Source: Eledone cirrhosa (taxonomy: Eukaryota). Taken from it: a stretch of DNA of 64,000 nucleotides. The notes under the pieces were generated by a model. It ran no database searches, was not told the origin of the DNA, and worked only from the letters and a program-made list of their open reading frames with translations. Location: the NCBI GenBank assembly GCA_964016885.1, contig OZ024740.1, forward strand, positions 110,980,001 to 111,044,000. Reading direction: 5' to 3'. Shown here one piece after another: positions 43,544 through 55,816 of the stretch. The position numbers and the translations under genes were made by a program. Positions within the stretch are counted from its first letter, which is position 1; each line of letters begins with the position of its first letter.

Positions 43544-43830
43544 GGTGCCGCGAAGGCTCAAGGCTAACTGGTTAAGGTGATTAGCTCACGACCGTAAAGT
43601 TATGAGTTCGATTCCCGGTGGTACGTTGTTTTATTTTAGCAATTACCTTTATTTTTCGCTGCTCCTGTCCACTCAGCTGGCAAAAGTACGTTGAACCTGT
43701 ATTAAGCTTAACTTTGTTAAGAGTGCACTTGTCTGTGGAATGCCCAGCCACCAGTATTTATGTGAGTAGACAGTTCTGTTGTTTGCACAACTGGAACTCT
43801 CAAGTATGGAACCAACGAAGGTCCAACATA
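43544..43830 (+). mobile_element. tRNA-derived SINE, decayed; different family from the minus-strand SINEs
   Basis: A-box-like GGCTAACTGGTTAAGG and B-box GAGTTCGATTCCC (43604-43616), followed by a body TTGT..AGCAA..CTTTATTT..GCTCCTGTCCACTCAGCTGGCAAAA resembling SINE central domains. The 3' boundary is approximate. Confidence 0.65.
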
Positions 43831-44565
43831 GAGTGGTAGAGATAATGATTATGGTTGTGATTGTGGGAGTGGAGTGTTGACGGTTTTAATGCTGGTAGCT
43901 ATGTTGGTGGGAGAGGGGTATTGACGGTATTAGTGTTGCTGGTAGTGATGGTGGGAGCGAGGTGGTAACAGAATTTGTGCTGGTAGTTATGATGGTAGGA
44001 GGGGGTGCTGACGGTAGTAGTATTGGCAGCAGCGGGGTGTTGATTGTATAAGAGTTGGAGGTTGTAAATATAGTGGGTATGATAGTAATGATTGTGATGA
44101 TGGTTGTAAATTTAGAGCCGACAGATTTGGAATGACATTCTTACGATCTTTACACTGGACTGTTTCTATATCTAGTACTGAATATGGAGGTGGGAGTGAT
44201 GATGTGGGTTATGACAGTGGTGGTTATTTTACTGTCACTAGACACTATGGGGATTGGGAGAGGCGGGAAATGGCTGAAGAAAAATCAGGTGTTATGGTTT
44301 TTGTGTCTCTAGAGGTAGCAGTAGTATTGGTGTTAGCAACGGTGGTACCTGCCGGGTAGTATTGGAGGTCGTGCAGTGATGGTGTAGTAATGGTGGAACA
44401 AGCACCGGTAGTTGTAGTGGTGGTAGTAGCTGTGGTGGTGTATACCGGGGTTTATGGTGCACAGTTTGTACAGATAGTAGTTGTTTTATTAGTGTTGTGG
44501 TGGTGTAGGCATCGTATGACTAACAACTTGATAATAGATATATATATAAATAAATAAATAAATAA

Positions 44566-44602
<37 letters not shown>

Positions 44603-44615
44603 ATATATATTTATA

Positions 44616-45006
44616 TATATTAATAAAAGGAATTTCAACTTTGTCTGATTTACTCGTTTTATTTACAATCCTTTAAAATTTATAATGATATTATAATGAA
44701 ATAGTATGGTAGAATATTAAATGTTAAGTGTTAATTGAACAAGTACTTTCATGCTTTCGCAATCTTCAGGTTCATAATGTGTGGTGACAGTCAAGTTTGC
44801 AATTTTCAACAGTTGAAAATTGCAAACTTGACTGTCACCACACATTATGAACCTGAAGATTGCGAAAGCATGAAAGTACTTGTTCAATTAACACTTAACA
44901 TTTAATATTCTACCATACTATTTCATTATAATATCATTATAAATTTTAAAGGATTGTAAATAAAACGAGTAAATCAGACAAAGTTGGAATTCCTTATATT
45001 AATATA
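44616..45006. mobile_element. Near-perfect palindrome (195-bp arms, 1-nt spacer) carrying a hammerhead in each arm; Penelope-like fold-back fragment
   Basis: Centre AATTTTCAAC-A-GTTGAAAATT at 44811; the arms differ at about 2 positions; abuts a (TA)n tract on the left. Confidence 0.85.
44848..44886 (+). ncRNA. Minimal type I hammerhead ribozyme (mirror copy on minus strand at 44736-44774)
   Basis: TGAAC-CTGAAGA-T TGC GAAA GCA T-GAAA-GTAC-TT-GTTCA: stem I TGAAC/GTTCA, intact core, stem II with GAAA loop, palindromic stem III GTAC, predicted cleavage after CUU. Confidence 0.8.
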
Positions 45007-45049
45007 ATCTTCTATACACAATCATACACACCCGTGTATATTTATCTCT

Positions 45050-45084
45050 CCCTCTCTCTCTATATATATATATATTTATGTGTG

Positions 45085-45179
<95 letters not shown>

Positions 45180-45755
45180 GTGTGTGTGCATAGGTATGTA
45201 TTGTTATTTTATTATTGAAATCTTCTAGAGGGTGTGTTGGCATGCTGAATGACACCCCCCCCCCCCACACACACACACACACACAGACATATATATATAT
45301 ATATAAATGTGTGTAGAAAGAGGGATTGAGGAAGGAGAAAAGTGAGGTAATCGTGGTGGTGGGATGGTAGGTGAAGATGGGGTGCAGCTGCAATAAGTTT
45401 GTTAGACAAAGTATTGATATATACATATACATACATACAAACATATATATATATATATATCCACACACAGACACATACATAAACACACACATATACACAC
45501 ATATATATATACATATATATATATATGTGTGTGTGTGTTTGTTAGAGAAGGCATCGATGCTGAAATGAGATGTGTAATGAGTGAGCAGACATCATCTCTT
45601 ACTTTTCACGCCAGACAGTTTCTCTTTCGCTTCAATAGTCGTCTGCAAACATTCATTTACTCTACTCATACAACTAACTATCTGCCGGTCCTGCCTGCAT
45701 ATCGACATGCGTATGTGTGTATTGTACTGTATGTGTTTGTGCTTACACACACACA

Positions 45756-45850
<95 letters not shown>

Positions 45851-46137
45851 ATATATGTGTATATATATATGTATATATATATGTATGTACATATATATAT
45901 ATGTATATATATATGTATGTACATATATATATATATGTACATATATATATATGTATATATATATGTAAGTATATATGTATATATATATATATGTAAGTAT
46001 ATATATATATATGTATATATATGTAAGTATATATGTATATATATGTAAGTATATATATATATATATATGTATATATATGTTAGTATATATATATATATAT
46101 CTATATATATGTATGTATATATATACATATACGTACA

Positions 46138-46199
<62 letters not shown>

Positions 46200-46220
46200 T
46201 ATGTATACACACACACATGA

Positions 46221-46270
<50 letters not shown>

Positions 46271-46982
46271 GTATATATATATTCGGGTATGCATATGCCA
46301 TCAAATATACAGACAGAAATATATGTGTGAGTGTGTGTGTAATGCATACACGTGTGCGTATATATGTGTATTTTGCATGATTCTACAGGTGTGTAGAATC
46401 ATGCAAAATACACATATATAGGTAGAGAGGTGTGTATATATTTGAATTTCTGTCTGTTGTCAAATGTTTGAATCAGGAGCAGGAAGGGGAGAATGGGTTG
46501 AGGGAAGAGTGTTTGCTCTATCACAGACGATCAACAGACGTCCGTTGACTAACGTGGAAATTCATTTGGTGTTGGCTGGACTCAGACAGTCGCCTCCCAA
46601 AACACTAAACTAGCTACATGCGTCTTTAAACACAAATACACGCATACATACATACATACACATTTAAACATGCATACACAATTTATAAACAAACACACAC
46701 ACACACATATTCCCATTTATACTTATATAGACGTGTATATATAAGTACACTTATATATACGTACGTGTATATATGTATATAGGCATCTATTTGTAATCTT
46801 TCTATCTATCTATCTATCTATTTATCTATCTGTCTATCTATCTAACTATTAAAAATATGTATTTATAAATATATATATATATATATACACATATTTACAT
46901 ATATATATATATATATTTATATATTTATATATACATATATATATATATAATCATATATATATGTAAATATATATATAAATAA

Positions 46983-47026
<44 letters not shown>

Positions 47027-47050
47027 AAGCGAGAGAGAGAGAGAGCGAGA
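45050..47050. repeat. Cluster of compound (TA)n/(CA)n/(TG)n/(ATCT)n microsatellites
   Basis: Directly visible; the longest compound block is about 45745-46280. Confidence 0.95.
46359..46420. repeat. Perfect 29-bp inverted repeat with 4-nt spacer
   Basis: TATATATGTGTATTTTGCATGATTCTACA-GGTG-TGTAGAATCATGCAAAATACACATATATA. Confidence 0.9.
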
Positions 47051-47848
47051 AAGGGGGAGAGATAGAGAGTGGAGGAAAGAGGCAGAAAGAAGCAAACAGA
47101 CAAGCAGATAATGAAGAAACTTCACCTCCTCTCATTCAATCTTTCCTACATCTAACTACAACCAGCAAAGCTGACACTTTATTCATAAGCCACCGCTCTC
47201 CTCAACACACACACATATACGTATTACCTCTCCCACCTCAATCACTCACCCAACCAAACCCAACTCCCCGTTTATTCATGATTGCAACCACTTCCTTTCA
47301 TATCAGTTCATGTACATCAGTCTTCACCCCTCTGCCTATAATTTCCTCCTCAACTATCATTTCTCTTCTCTCCTCTCCTTTCGCTAAATCAACTTCCAGC
47401 CTTATTTCTTGTCTAATCTCATCCCACCATACTCCCAATTCTATCTTGTCTTTTTTTTACTCCCTTGTCTTATATTTTCCACCCTATCCCCATCACAACT
47501 TCCTCGTTTCCACCTCCTGTGCTTTCTTTCATATTCAACAGTTAATATCAGTGTATGACCGGCCGTTTTTCGTGTAGCTCTCTTGTGTTAAGAGGTTATT
47601 ATGGCCGACGGCAACTGGTGTTTGTGAAGTGTGTTGGTATGTTGGGAAGTGTGTATGATTGGGGCGTTTGTATTATATGGTGCAACTGGTGGTTCATCGT
47701 TGCCTTCTGGCTAATTTCTTCATTTAACTGACTTTCTGACTGGCTGACTGGCTTCGTGTTCCACAGTAACTACATAGATACATAAATACATACATAAATA
47801 CATACATACATAGTTATATACATTCTAGAAAAGTGCAATAGGCCCAGT

Positions 47849-48057
<209 letters not shown>

Positions 48058-49123
48058 AAGCCCTTGTGGCTAATAATGAAATTTATCTATTTGCATATAT
48101 ATATATATATATATATATTTTTAAATATTTATATATATATATATATCGTTCCTGTGTCAGTGTTGAACAAAAAGGTGACGTGGTTGCCTTAACACCGTAT
48201 GGCATAAATTCAGGCTGTTCAGTTTGTTTACAAACGAACAAAGCGGCGTTATAATAAGCGTCCGCTAAACTGATGCGTGCATATATGTATGTGTACCTGT
48301 ATGTATGTATGTATATATGTATATATATATATATATATATGCATGCTACTGTACGTCTGTATACATATATGTATGTACGTATACATACATACTTACATTT
48401 AAGTAAGTGCCATACTAAGAGTGAGAAATGAAATTTCGTTTTCATTTTATTTCAACTTATATATATATATACATATATTAAAATATTAAATATGTATATA
48501 TCAAATATATATATATATATATATATGAAAATATGAAAACATGGCGTGTTGCGTGGTTGCAAATGGGTTACATATGAATAAATTTAGTCCTTCATCAGTG
48601 ATCTTCCAGCCTTCATTGGTATTTCATCGCTTTAAAGACCATATACCTTCGGTTGGTGCGAGCAACGGCTAAAGAAAGTCGTTGGGACACGTAAATAGGG
48701 GGAACGAGCGAGACAGTAAACAAACAAAGATGGTAATGCAACGAAAAGTGGGGAAGAAGGAGTCAAGTCCCTGAAATCAATGAACATAAGTACTGTGAAA
48801 TCGTGGACGAGAGAGAATAAAGACCATCAAACCTGGTCGAAATGTTTTACGATCATTTCAGAGGGTCGATTAAACGTTGCAGATCGATGTATCGACTAGT
48901 ATGGTAGTGGCTAAGTTACTATTTATTTCTAGCCTCGAAAGTCCTCAGAAACATTAAACTATGATATTATTTGCAATATATATATATATATAGAGATAGA
49001 GGTTGGGAGTACTCTGTGTCGTGGATAGTTTTAACGTACGGCTTTGTTTGACTCAACAAGATGTTTCCATAGTTAGGCAGCGAGTTCGCGGGAATTCCTA
49101 TGCAGGTTATACTTGGAGTAATA

Positions 49124-49521
49124 ATAGTGAAAGAATGAAGAGTAACATGGTTGGCTGTACAACAAGGGGTTTATTTCAGGTATTAACAATTGTTTCATTG
49201 ATCAGGTGAGTCTAGAGGCCGCTAATCGCTCGAAGTTGCGTAAGTCGTTCTCCATTACATTATTTACCTCTGACCAAATCCTCAGAATACGAATAATTCA
49301 TACATGGCATGATATGTATGAATTATTCGTATTCATGCCATGTAGGAATTATTTGTATTCTGAGGATTTGGTCAGAGGTAAATAATGTAATGGAGAACGA
49401 CTTACGCAACTTCGAGCGATTAGCGGCCTCTAGACTCACCTGATCAATGAAACAATTGTTAATACCTGAAATAAACCCCTTGTTGTACAGCCAACCATGT
49501 TATTCTTAATTCTTTCACTAT
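49124..49521. mobile_element. Long palindrome (about 188-bp arms) with a rearranged centre and a hammerhead in each arm
   Basis: ATAGTGAAAGAAT...CATGGCATGA and TCATGCCATG...ATTCTTTCACTAT are reverse complements with a few mismatches; the right end abuts (TA)n. Confidence 0.85.
49355..49465 (+). ncRNA. Type I hammerhead ribozyme with a very long stem II (mirror copy on minus strand at 49180-49290)
   Basis: GTATT-CTGAGGA-T TTGGTCAG..(about 64 nt)..CTGATCAA T-GAAA-CAATTG-TT-AATAC. Stem I GTATT/AATAC extends via TTATTT/AAATAA. The stem II base has 8 bp with one G-U. Stem III is palindromic and the site is GUU. Confidence 0.72.
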
Positions 49522-49549
<28 letters not shown>

Positions 49550-49553
<4 letters not shown>

Positions 49554-49855
49554 TATTCAAAATATTAATAAATGGATACATTCACATAATCAAGACAGGA
49601 ATTGAACCATCAGCACAGTTGAGGTATGTCATACATCAATTTATGTATTTTATCTGATGAGGACGTACTGAAAAACAGCACAGTACCTCCGAAATATATA
49701 TAATAAAACATATATTTTGATTATGTGAATGTATCCATTTATTAATATTTTGAATAATATTAATAACTCCAGAAAACTTCATTGTTGAGTGCTTTTAATC
49801 TATTGTAAAACTATATTCATTGAATAATTAATGAACCTTGTTTAACATTTGGTTA
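49550..49855 (+). mobile_element. Hammerhead-bearing element with a 44-bp inverted duplication, between microsatellite tracts
   Basis: 49550-49593 is the exact reverse complement of 49717-49760; unique sequence continues to the next TA/CA tract. Confidence 0.75.
49648..49708 (+). ncRNA. Minimal type I hammerhead ribozyme
   Basis: TTTTAT-CTGATGA-GGA C GTACTG AAAAACAGCA CAGTAC C TCC-GAAA-TATATA-TA-ATAAAA: canonical core, G-C closed stem II, palindromic stem III, AUA site. Confidence 0.82.
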
Positions 49856-49864
49856 TATATACAT

Positions 49865-49942
<78 letters not shown>

Positions 49943-50149
49943 TTATATATTTATATACAAAGAGGTGGAGGCAGGTGGTTTGTGTGTCACAATGAGTGAA
50001 GAAATAGAAGAAAGAGGTATGCGTAAATTAAGGGTAGTAGGAGCAGAAAGCATATAAAGGGTGCGTAAACAAAGATAGATAATAAAAATAATAATAATGA
50101 TAATGATGAGATTGATAATACTTGTAATACTACTACTTATAATAATTGT

Positions 50150-50335
50150 TTCTACTTTTGCACAAGGCCAGCAATTACCCCAGTACATTACTGGTACTTT
50201 ATTTTATCGACCTCATAAGGATAAAAGGCAAAGTTAACCTCGGCGATATTTGAACTCAGAACGTAAAAGGACGTAACACTATGCTGCAAACCATGGTGTG
50301 TGACACTCTACAAATACTGCCAATTTCCCCCATTA
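50150..50335 (-). mobile_element. tRNA-headed SINE with Nin/Deu-like domain, copy 1
   Basis: Minus strand reads TGGCAGTATT.. (A box), GAGTTCAAAT (B box), then GCCTTT.ATCCTTA.G.GGTCGATAAAATAAAGTACCAG, with a TAA-rich tail. Matches four other copies in the window. Confidence 0.85.
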
Positions 50336-50349
50336 TACTACTTATAATA

Positions 50350-50560
50350 ATGATTTCTAGTATAGGCACAAGGCCAGTAATTTGGGGGGAGGGGAAGTCG
50401 ATTCAATCGACACCAGTGCATTACTGGTACTTTATTTTATCGACCGCGTAAGGATCAAAGGCAAAGTTAACCTCGGCGGGATTTGAACTCAGAATGGCAA
50501 GGGCCGTAACTCTATGCGTCAAAGCATGGCGTCCGACTCTCTACCGATACTGCCAATCCA
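50350..50560 (-). mobile_element. tRNA-headed SINE with Nin/Deu-like domain, copy 2 (near full length)
   Basis: TGGATTGGCAGTATCGGTAGAG...GAGTTCAAATCCCGCCGAGGTTAACTTTGCCTTT on the minus strand; adjacent to copy 1. Confidence 0.88.
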
Positions 50561-51438
50561 AAATAATGTAGCTGTTTAGTGTGGTCAAATTAGGCTGGCA
50601 TCATTAAGAAGCCGTGCTGATAGCGTCTGCCTTTGTAGTGGGGCAGGGTGTGTGGTGCCAATTAAGATCTATTTCATCCAAATTCAACAACTGGACAATG
50701 TCTTCATTTGTGTATACGTTTTGTGGGAAGGCAGTTTACCTTTCCTGAAAAAAACATCATACATCATGTCTGTCAGATATACACAAGATATATACAAATA
50801 TCCACTCAAATACAAGCAGATAAGGATTGGTTCATACACATCAAGATAATCACACTGTCACACGTATCCACTGACAGAAGACTTTTACATGGGAATATAT
50901 AGACGATCTTACATATACCTGAACGTATGATTCAAGAATACGACGGGATGCGTACAGTTTCTCTCCATGACATTTGTTAACTTGGGAGTATATTGGAAGA
51001 CACCCAAAACGCTATTCAGATGTTCTATATATGCAGTCGCTCCTGACATATATTACGTTGAAAACCACACTCTAGCGTTGATTTATATACCGTATCTGTT
51101 CAATATATTTTCTACTTTTTCTGTTATATATCATCGTCAAATCCCTATGGAAGTTGAAGCTATGACAATGCCTTGACTTCCCCATGTTATTTTCTAAAAG
51201 AAACTGCTTTACTGCAATGAGTCGCACTTTTTGATTATAAGCTGGTGCCATTTGCCGGTCGTAATTGCTGGTAGAAGAATGCGAGATTTGAACACTGACC
51301 TCACCGATCCGGATCAGTACCGCAAAGCATCCTGCCGAACTTTTTCACATTTCCCCTAATCTACCGCTCGTAAAGTATATTATACATACCATATTTTATA
51401 TGTACGCCGTACTATATATCCACTTGCCATTACATTGA

Positions 51439-51857
51439 CTAGCAGAAAAACCACCGTTAAGGTGGTTTTTCTGCTAGCATGTGTAGTGTGCATATTGGTA
51501 TTGTACGTCAAATTATTGATATGATACGTCAAATAAAATCGTAATTGACAATATGCACAGAAATTGAACGAAGTTTGCATTACACTCTCTTCTGTAATCA
51601 GTAAAGTAATCCATGATACAGTTAAAAAAGACGATATTATATATAAACTGCATATATGATAAACTAAAATTATATGAAAATAAAAAATGAGACAATTAGC
51701 GACGGAAATATGAACCTTATATAACAATGCAAATATTTGAACGTTTCTATAAGCGATGTGATGTGTGTTATGATATAACGGACGCTGACCGGAAGTGTTG
51801 ACATTTGAACATTTTAAAAAAGTGAATGTTAAAATAAGCAATACTTTATATATAAGA
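51439..51857 (-). mobile_element. Probable non-autonomous Helitron, about 420 bp
   Basis: The minus strand starts TCTTATATATAAAG and ends with hairpin ACCACC-TTAAC-GGTGGT, then TTTTCTG-CTAG followed by T. These match the 5'-TC, subterminal hairpin and CTRR-3' hallmarks. The base before TC is T rather than the usual A. Confidence 0.6.
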
Positions 51858-52599
51858 ATATTTATGTTTAATCAAGAGCTATGACATTTAGTAAATAAAT
51901 TACATAAAATTCTTTCATTATTTATTCAAAGTAATCCAACTTATTTTATTAACGAGATAAAAAAAATATAAAACAGACACTGTCTTCCACTCCTCACTTT
52001 ATTATATTATAGATTTCAACTGTACTAGACTGGTGGTTGTATTAAATAGGTGAGGTATACATGGCAATCCTAATTCGGACTCCAGTATATCCTTGATAAC
52101 ATTTCGTGTGTGAAGAATACTCTGAAATCTCGTATTCCATGTTACCTCATGGCTAATGGCGCTGATGTAGTTTAAGTAGTATTCGTCATAAAATGTAAAA
52201 TGTCTTTGCTGTGGAGAAAAATCTAGAATGGCGTACATCTGTTATTTCTGACAATGCAAGAATAGCAACACTCGTCAATATACCATCGCAAGCTTCTTTC
52301 TTCCACACAACATATATATAATAGAAATGACACACATTTGTTGTTTCCAACAAGGCAAAACAGTTTCCACTTATCAATAGTCAGTTCATGTAGTTAGGGT
52401 TTTATCTCAGTAGTGGCAAATAAATTAGGGTAAAATGAGATGATAATAAACCTAGCTAGGACTGATTAAGCCATCTTAAGTAATACTCAAAAATAACAAT
52501 TTGTTTCTCTGAGTTGGGGTTTTCCAGGTCAGAAGAAAAGCAAAGATACTACACCGGGGAGTGATAAACTGGTGCAGAGATTACTAAGAGAGTTAATAA

Positions 52600-52975
52600 T
52601 GCTCGATTCAAAAGCTTTCTGTGACCCTGCTTCCATTGTATGTTTGATGGGTGGGTGTCGCCTTTTTGTTCTGTTCATACGCAATATGTGGGTAACTACA
52701 AAGATCTGCTAACCATTGTGAAGAAAATAAAAAAGAGATGGTACGGTCACTTGACGAAATCTGAACAATTAACACCATCTTCCAAGGAACAGTTCGAGAG
52801 AAAAGTAGACAAGGATGTCAGAAAAAAAGGAAGACACTATCACAGAACCGACCGCTAAAATCTTCACGACAAGCCAGTTCATGACTCGCTACTGAGATCG
52901 ATACAGGAAGGTGCTACCGTGCTTCACCATAGAGGGTCAAAGGACCGGTAACGGCATCAGACAAGATACACACAT
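52600..52975 (+). mobile_element. RTE-clade LINE 3' fragment, decayed
   Basis: DLLTIVKKIKKRWYGHLTKS, then frameshifted TIFQGTVREKSRQGCQKKR, resembles the RTE C-terminal pattern LxWYGHVxR..TILQGTVxGxRRxGRxRKRW. Confidence 0.8.
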
Positions 52976-53312
52976 TAAACTCCAGAACTTGTTGCGCTCT
53001 TCTCTGTGAAAATGGTTATCTGTCCTCTCCGACGGCGGGGTTAGTGCGGTAAATAGATAAATACGAAGATAGATAGAACAATGTAAGTATGTATGTATAC
53101 ATATTAATTGTTTTAATTTATATCTAAAAAACCACGGTATATGCAAGACTATGTAGGTGAAATTATATATTTACTTTAAAATGTATATTCAGCTTGCAAT
53201 ACTTACTTTTAATATATTGCAAATCTTTACACGCTATTATCATTTTTGAAAACTGAAGCTCTATAAATTATAGTTTTAATCTATATAGTACTTGAACTAC
53301 TTATGGTATAAT

Positions 53313-53491
53313 GGTTTCTGATTTAGGCATACACCAAACAATTTTTAGGGAGGAGAAAGTCGATTAAATCGACCCCAGTGCATTACCGGTATTTTATTTT
53401 ATCGACCCCGTAATGATGAAAGGTAAATTAACCTCAGCGGGATTTGAACTCAGAACGTAAAGGGCCGTAATTCTATGCTGCAAAGCATGGT
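53313..53491 (-). mobile_element. tRNA-headed SINE, copy 3 (head partly truncated)
   Basis: Shares TCGACCCCAGTGCATTAC.GGTA.TTTATTTTATCGACCCCGTAA.GATGAAAGG and GGATTTGAACTCAG with the other copies. Confidence 0.85.
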
Positions 53492-53592
53492 ATAATATGA
53501 CTGAAATAAGAATGTCTGGCGATTTCATACGAATGAAACAGTTCTAGTCCCACAGAAATCATTTCTATGAATAATAAAATATATTATATATT

Positions 53593-53626
<34 letters not shown>

Positions 53627-54169
53627 CTGTGTGTGTGTGTGTGTGTGTGCGCGCACATATATGTATATATATATATAGGTTGGCATGATATTGAGTATAT
53701 ACGAGGTGAACTCCAGATGCTGTTGGGTATGTATGTATGTATGTATGTATATGTGTATGCTTGTGCGTATGTATGTGTGTATGTTTGTATGTGTTTGTAT
53801 GTATATATGTACATAGGTAGATAAATAGCGGAAAGATTTGTGGTTAGGTAAGAAGAGATACGAGCAAATATATTGTGATATAAAGGCAGATGGGTTGGTA
53901 GGTGGGTAGATTCGAACTCTGGTGTCTGATTGAAGTTTGTTCCAACTGTTGATTGCAGTAGCATGAGTCATAGCAAGCAATTCTCTTTGCTTGATTACAT
54001 TCAAGATAATGTCGAACAGCGAGAAAATCACTTTAACATTTTCATTTTGAAAGTAAAGGAAGTTGAGCGAGGGGGTGAGCTATAAGGAGTGGGAGTGTGA
54101 GGATGTGAGAGTCAGCGAGGATGGGTAGATTGAGTGAGTGGATGAGTGTGGTTTGGCAGTGTGTGTGTC

Positions 54170-54432
54170 TGAGACAGAGAGAGAGAGAGAGACGAGGAGA
54201 GAGAGAGAGCAGATAGATAGACTAGATAGAGAGATAGATAGATTGATAAATAGATTCTAGATAAGTAGGTAGACAGATAGATGTATTTGATAGGGAAAAG
54301 GTGAGAGAGAGAGAGAGACGGAGAGAGAGACATAGATAGATATAGATAGATAGATAGAGAGAGAGGGGGAGAGAAAGAAAGAAAGAGAGAGAGAGAAAGA
54401 GAGAAAGAGAGACAGAGAGACAGAGAGAGAAA
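54170..54432. repeat. (GA)n/(GATA)n compound microsatellite
   Basis: Directly visible. Confidence 0.9.
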
Positions 54433-54540
54433 GAGGTTTGTGTGAGATTTTCTTGAAATCTTCATTAAAAACCAGTTATTTGCCGGACGATTAAATTGAA
54501 TATTGTCGGAGATTGGATAAGATTTGGAGGCCATGGCGGT

Positions 54541-54871
54541 ATGGTGATGGTATGGTGATAGTGTGATGGTAGGGCTAGTGGTAGGATGGTGATGGTGTGG
54601 TGATAGTGTGATGGTAGGGCTAGTGGTAGGATGGTGATGGTGTGGTGATAGTGTGATGGTAGGGCTAGTGGTAGGATGGTGATGGTATGGTGATAGTGTG
54701 ATGGTAGGGCTAGTGGTAGGATGGTGATGGTGTGGTGATAGTGTGATGGTAGGGCTAGTGGTAGGATGGTGATGGTGTGGTGATAGTGTGATGGTAGGGC
54801 TAGTGGTAGGATGGTGATGGTATGGTGATAGTGTGATGGTAGGGCTAGTGGTAGGATGGTGATGGTGTGGT
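54541..54871. repeat. 45-bp minisatellite, about 7.3 copies
   Basis: Unit GGTGATAGTGTGATGGTAGGGCTAGTGGTAGGATGGTGATGGT(G/A)T; AGGGCTAG recurs at 54571, 54616, 54661, 54706, 54751, 54796 and 54841. Confidence 0.95.
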
Positions 54872-55384
54872 TTCAGCGTTGTGGCTACATGTCCTGATGG
54901 TGGTGCTGCTGGTAGATTGTGCTGGTATGATGGTGATAGTGGTGGTGATATGGTGATGGTAGTGTGGTAGTATGGTATTGATGATGTTCGTGTTAGGGTT
55001 ATATAGTGATGGTGGTGGTGATATTGTTGTAATGATGGTTATGGTTTAGTCGTGTAGTGTTTATGATGGTGGTGGTGATGGTGTTGGTGGTGATGGTATA
55101 GCATGGTTTTATCGTGGAGTGGTGATGGTGTTGGCAGTGACGGTGGTGGTGGCAGATGATGGGAGTGTTAAGAATGGAACGCATGAATCACACGTATACT
55201 TTAAACTAGTTATTGTGGTTGTTGTTATTATTGTAGTGTAAGCAGTTGTTTTTATAATAGTTTTTAATGTTGTTATTGCTGTGTAAGTTTTTCTTATTTT
55301 TGTTGTTAACTTAGTTTGAGGTAACAATAGTTGTTTCTCAAGTATTGTTGCCACTGTTATTGTTGGAGTTGCTGCTGAAAGTGA

Positions 55385-55795
55385 TAATAATAATAAGGAT
55401 TTCGTTTATTAGCCACAAGGGCCGACATGTAGGGGACAATACAAAGACAGGGACAGTGGGGGTTTACAATAAGGTCGTGTAAAATTGTACAATGGCAAGA
55501 CTAATTTAACAATGAAGATATTAAAAATATAAAATAAACTATGCATAAATATAACAAAATAAATTCCCCGATAGGAGGTGGACGACCTTGGGGTAACTCG
55601 GGTACCCCACCAATCCTGAACCACACTGCGCTTCTAGGGCACCCGGGGAGAGCTCCCCTCTCCTCAAGTTAGCTAGCCTATAGGCGCATGGTCAGAGTAG
55701 GCCCATTCATACGGGCCATTCTCGCCACATTCATCCACCTTTTAGCAAATGTAAATAATAAGAATGTTTTTTGATTTAGACACAAGGACAACAAT
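55385..55795 (-). mobile_element. Probable L1/Tx1-like LINE 3' end
   Basis: Minus-strand ORF end FAKRWMNVARMARMNGPTLTMRL*, then a 3' UTR ending GCCCTTGTGGCTAATAAACGAAATCC and a (TTA)n tail. The clade assignment is inference. Confidence 0.5.
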
Positions 55796-55816
55796 TTTTT
55801 TTTTTTTTTTGAGAGG

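Noticed and set aside
43544-43620. tRNA gene
   Set aside because: A and B boxes are present, but no clean cloverleaf could be built and it runs into a SINE-like body.
48580-48610. CTGATGA on the minus strand (GATCA-CTGATGA-AGGACT)
   Set aside because: No downstream stem II partner, GAAA or stem I complement was found; at best a truncated ribozyme.
48795-48862. GACCA..TGGTC-GAAA-TGTT-TT-ACGAT, resembling a hammerhead 3' half
   Set aside because: There is no CUGANGA upstream and stem III is not palindromic.
50590-51260. Complex sequence that might be an exon or transposase relic
   Set aside because: Only short ORFs with no recognisable motif; it cannot be assigned without a search.
51439-51477. 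Rho-independent terminator
   Set aside because: The context is eukaryotic with no upstream gene; a Helitron-like end fits better.
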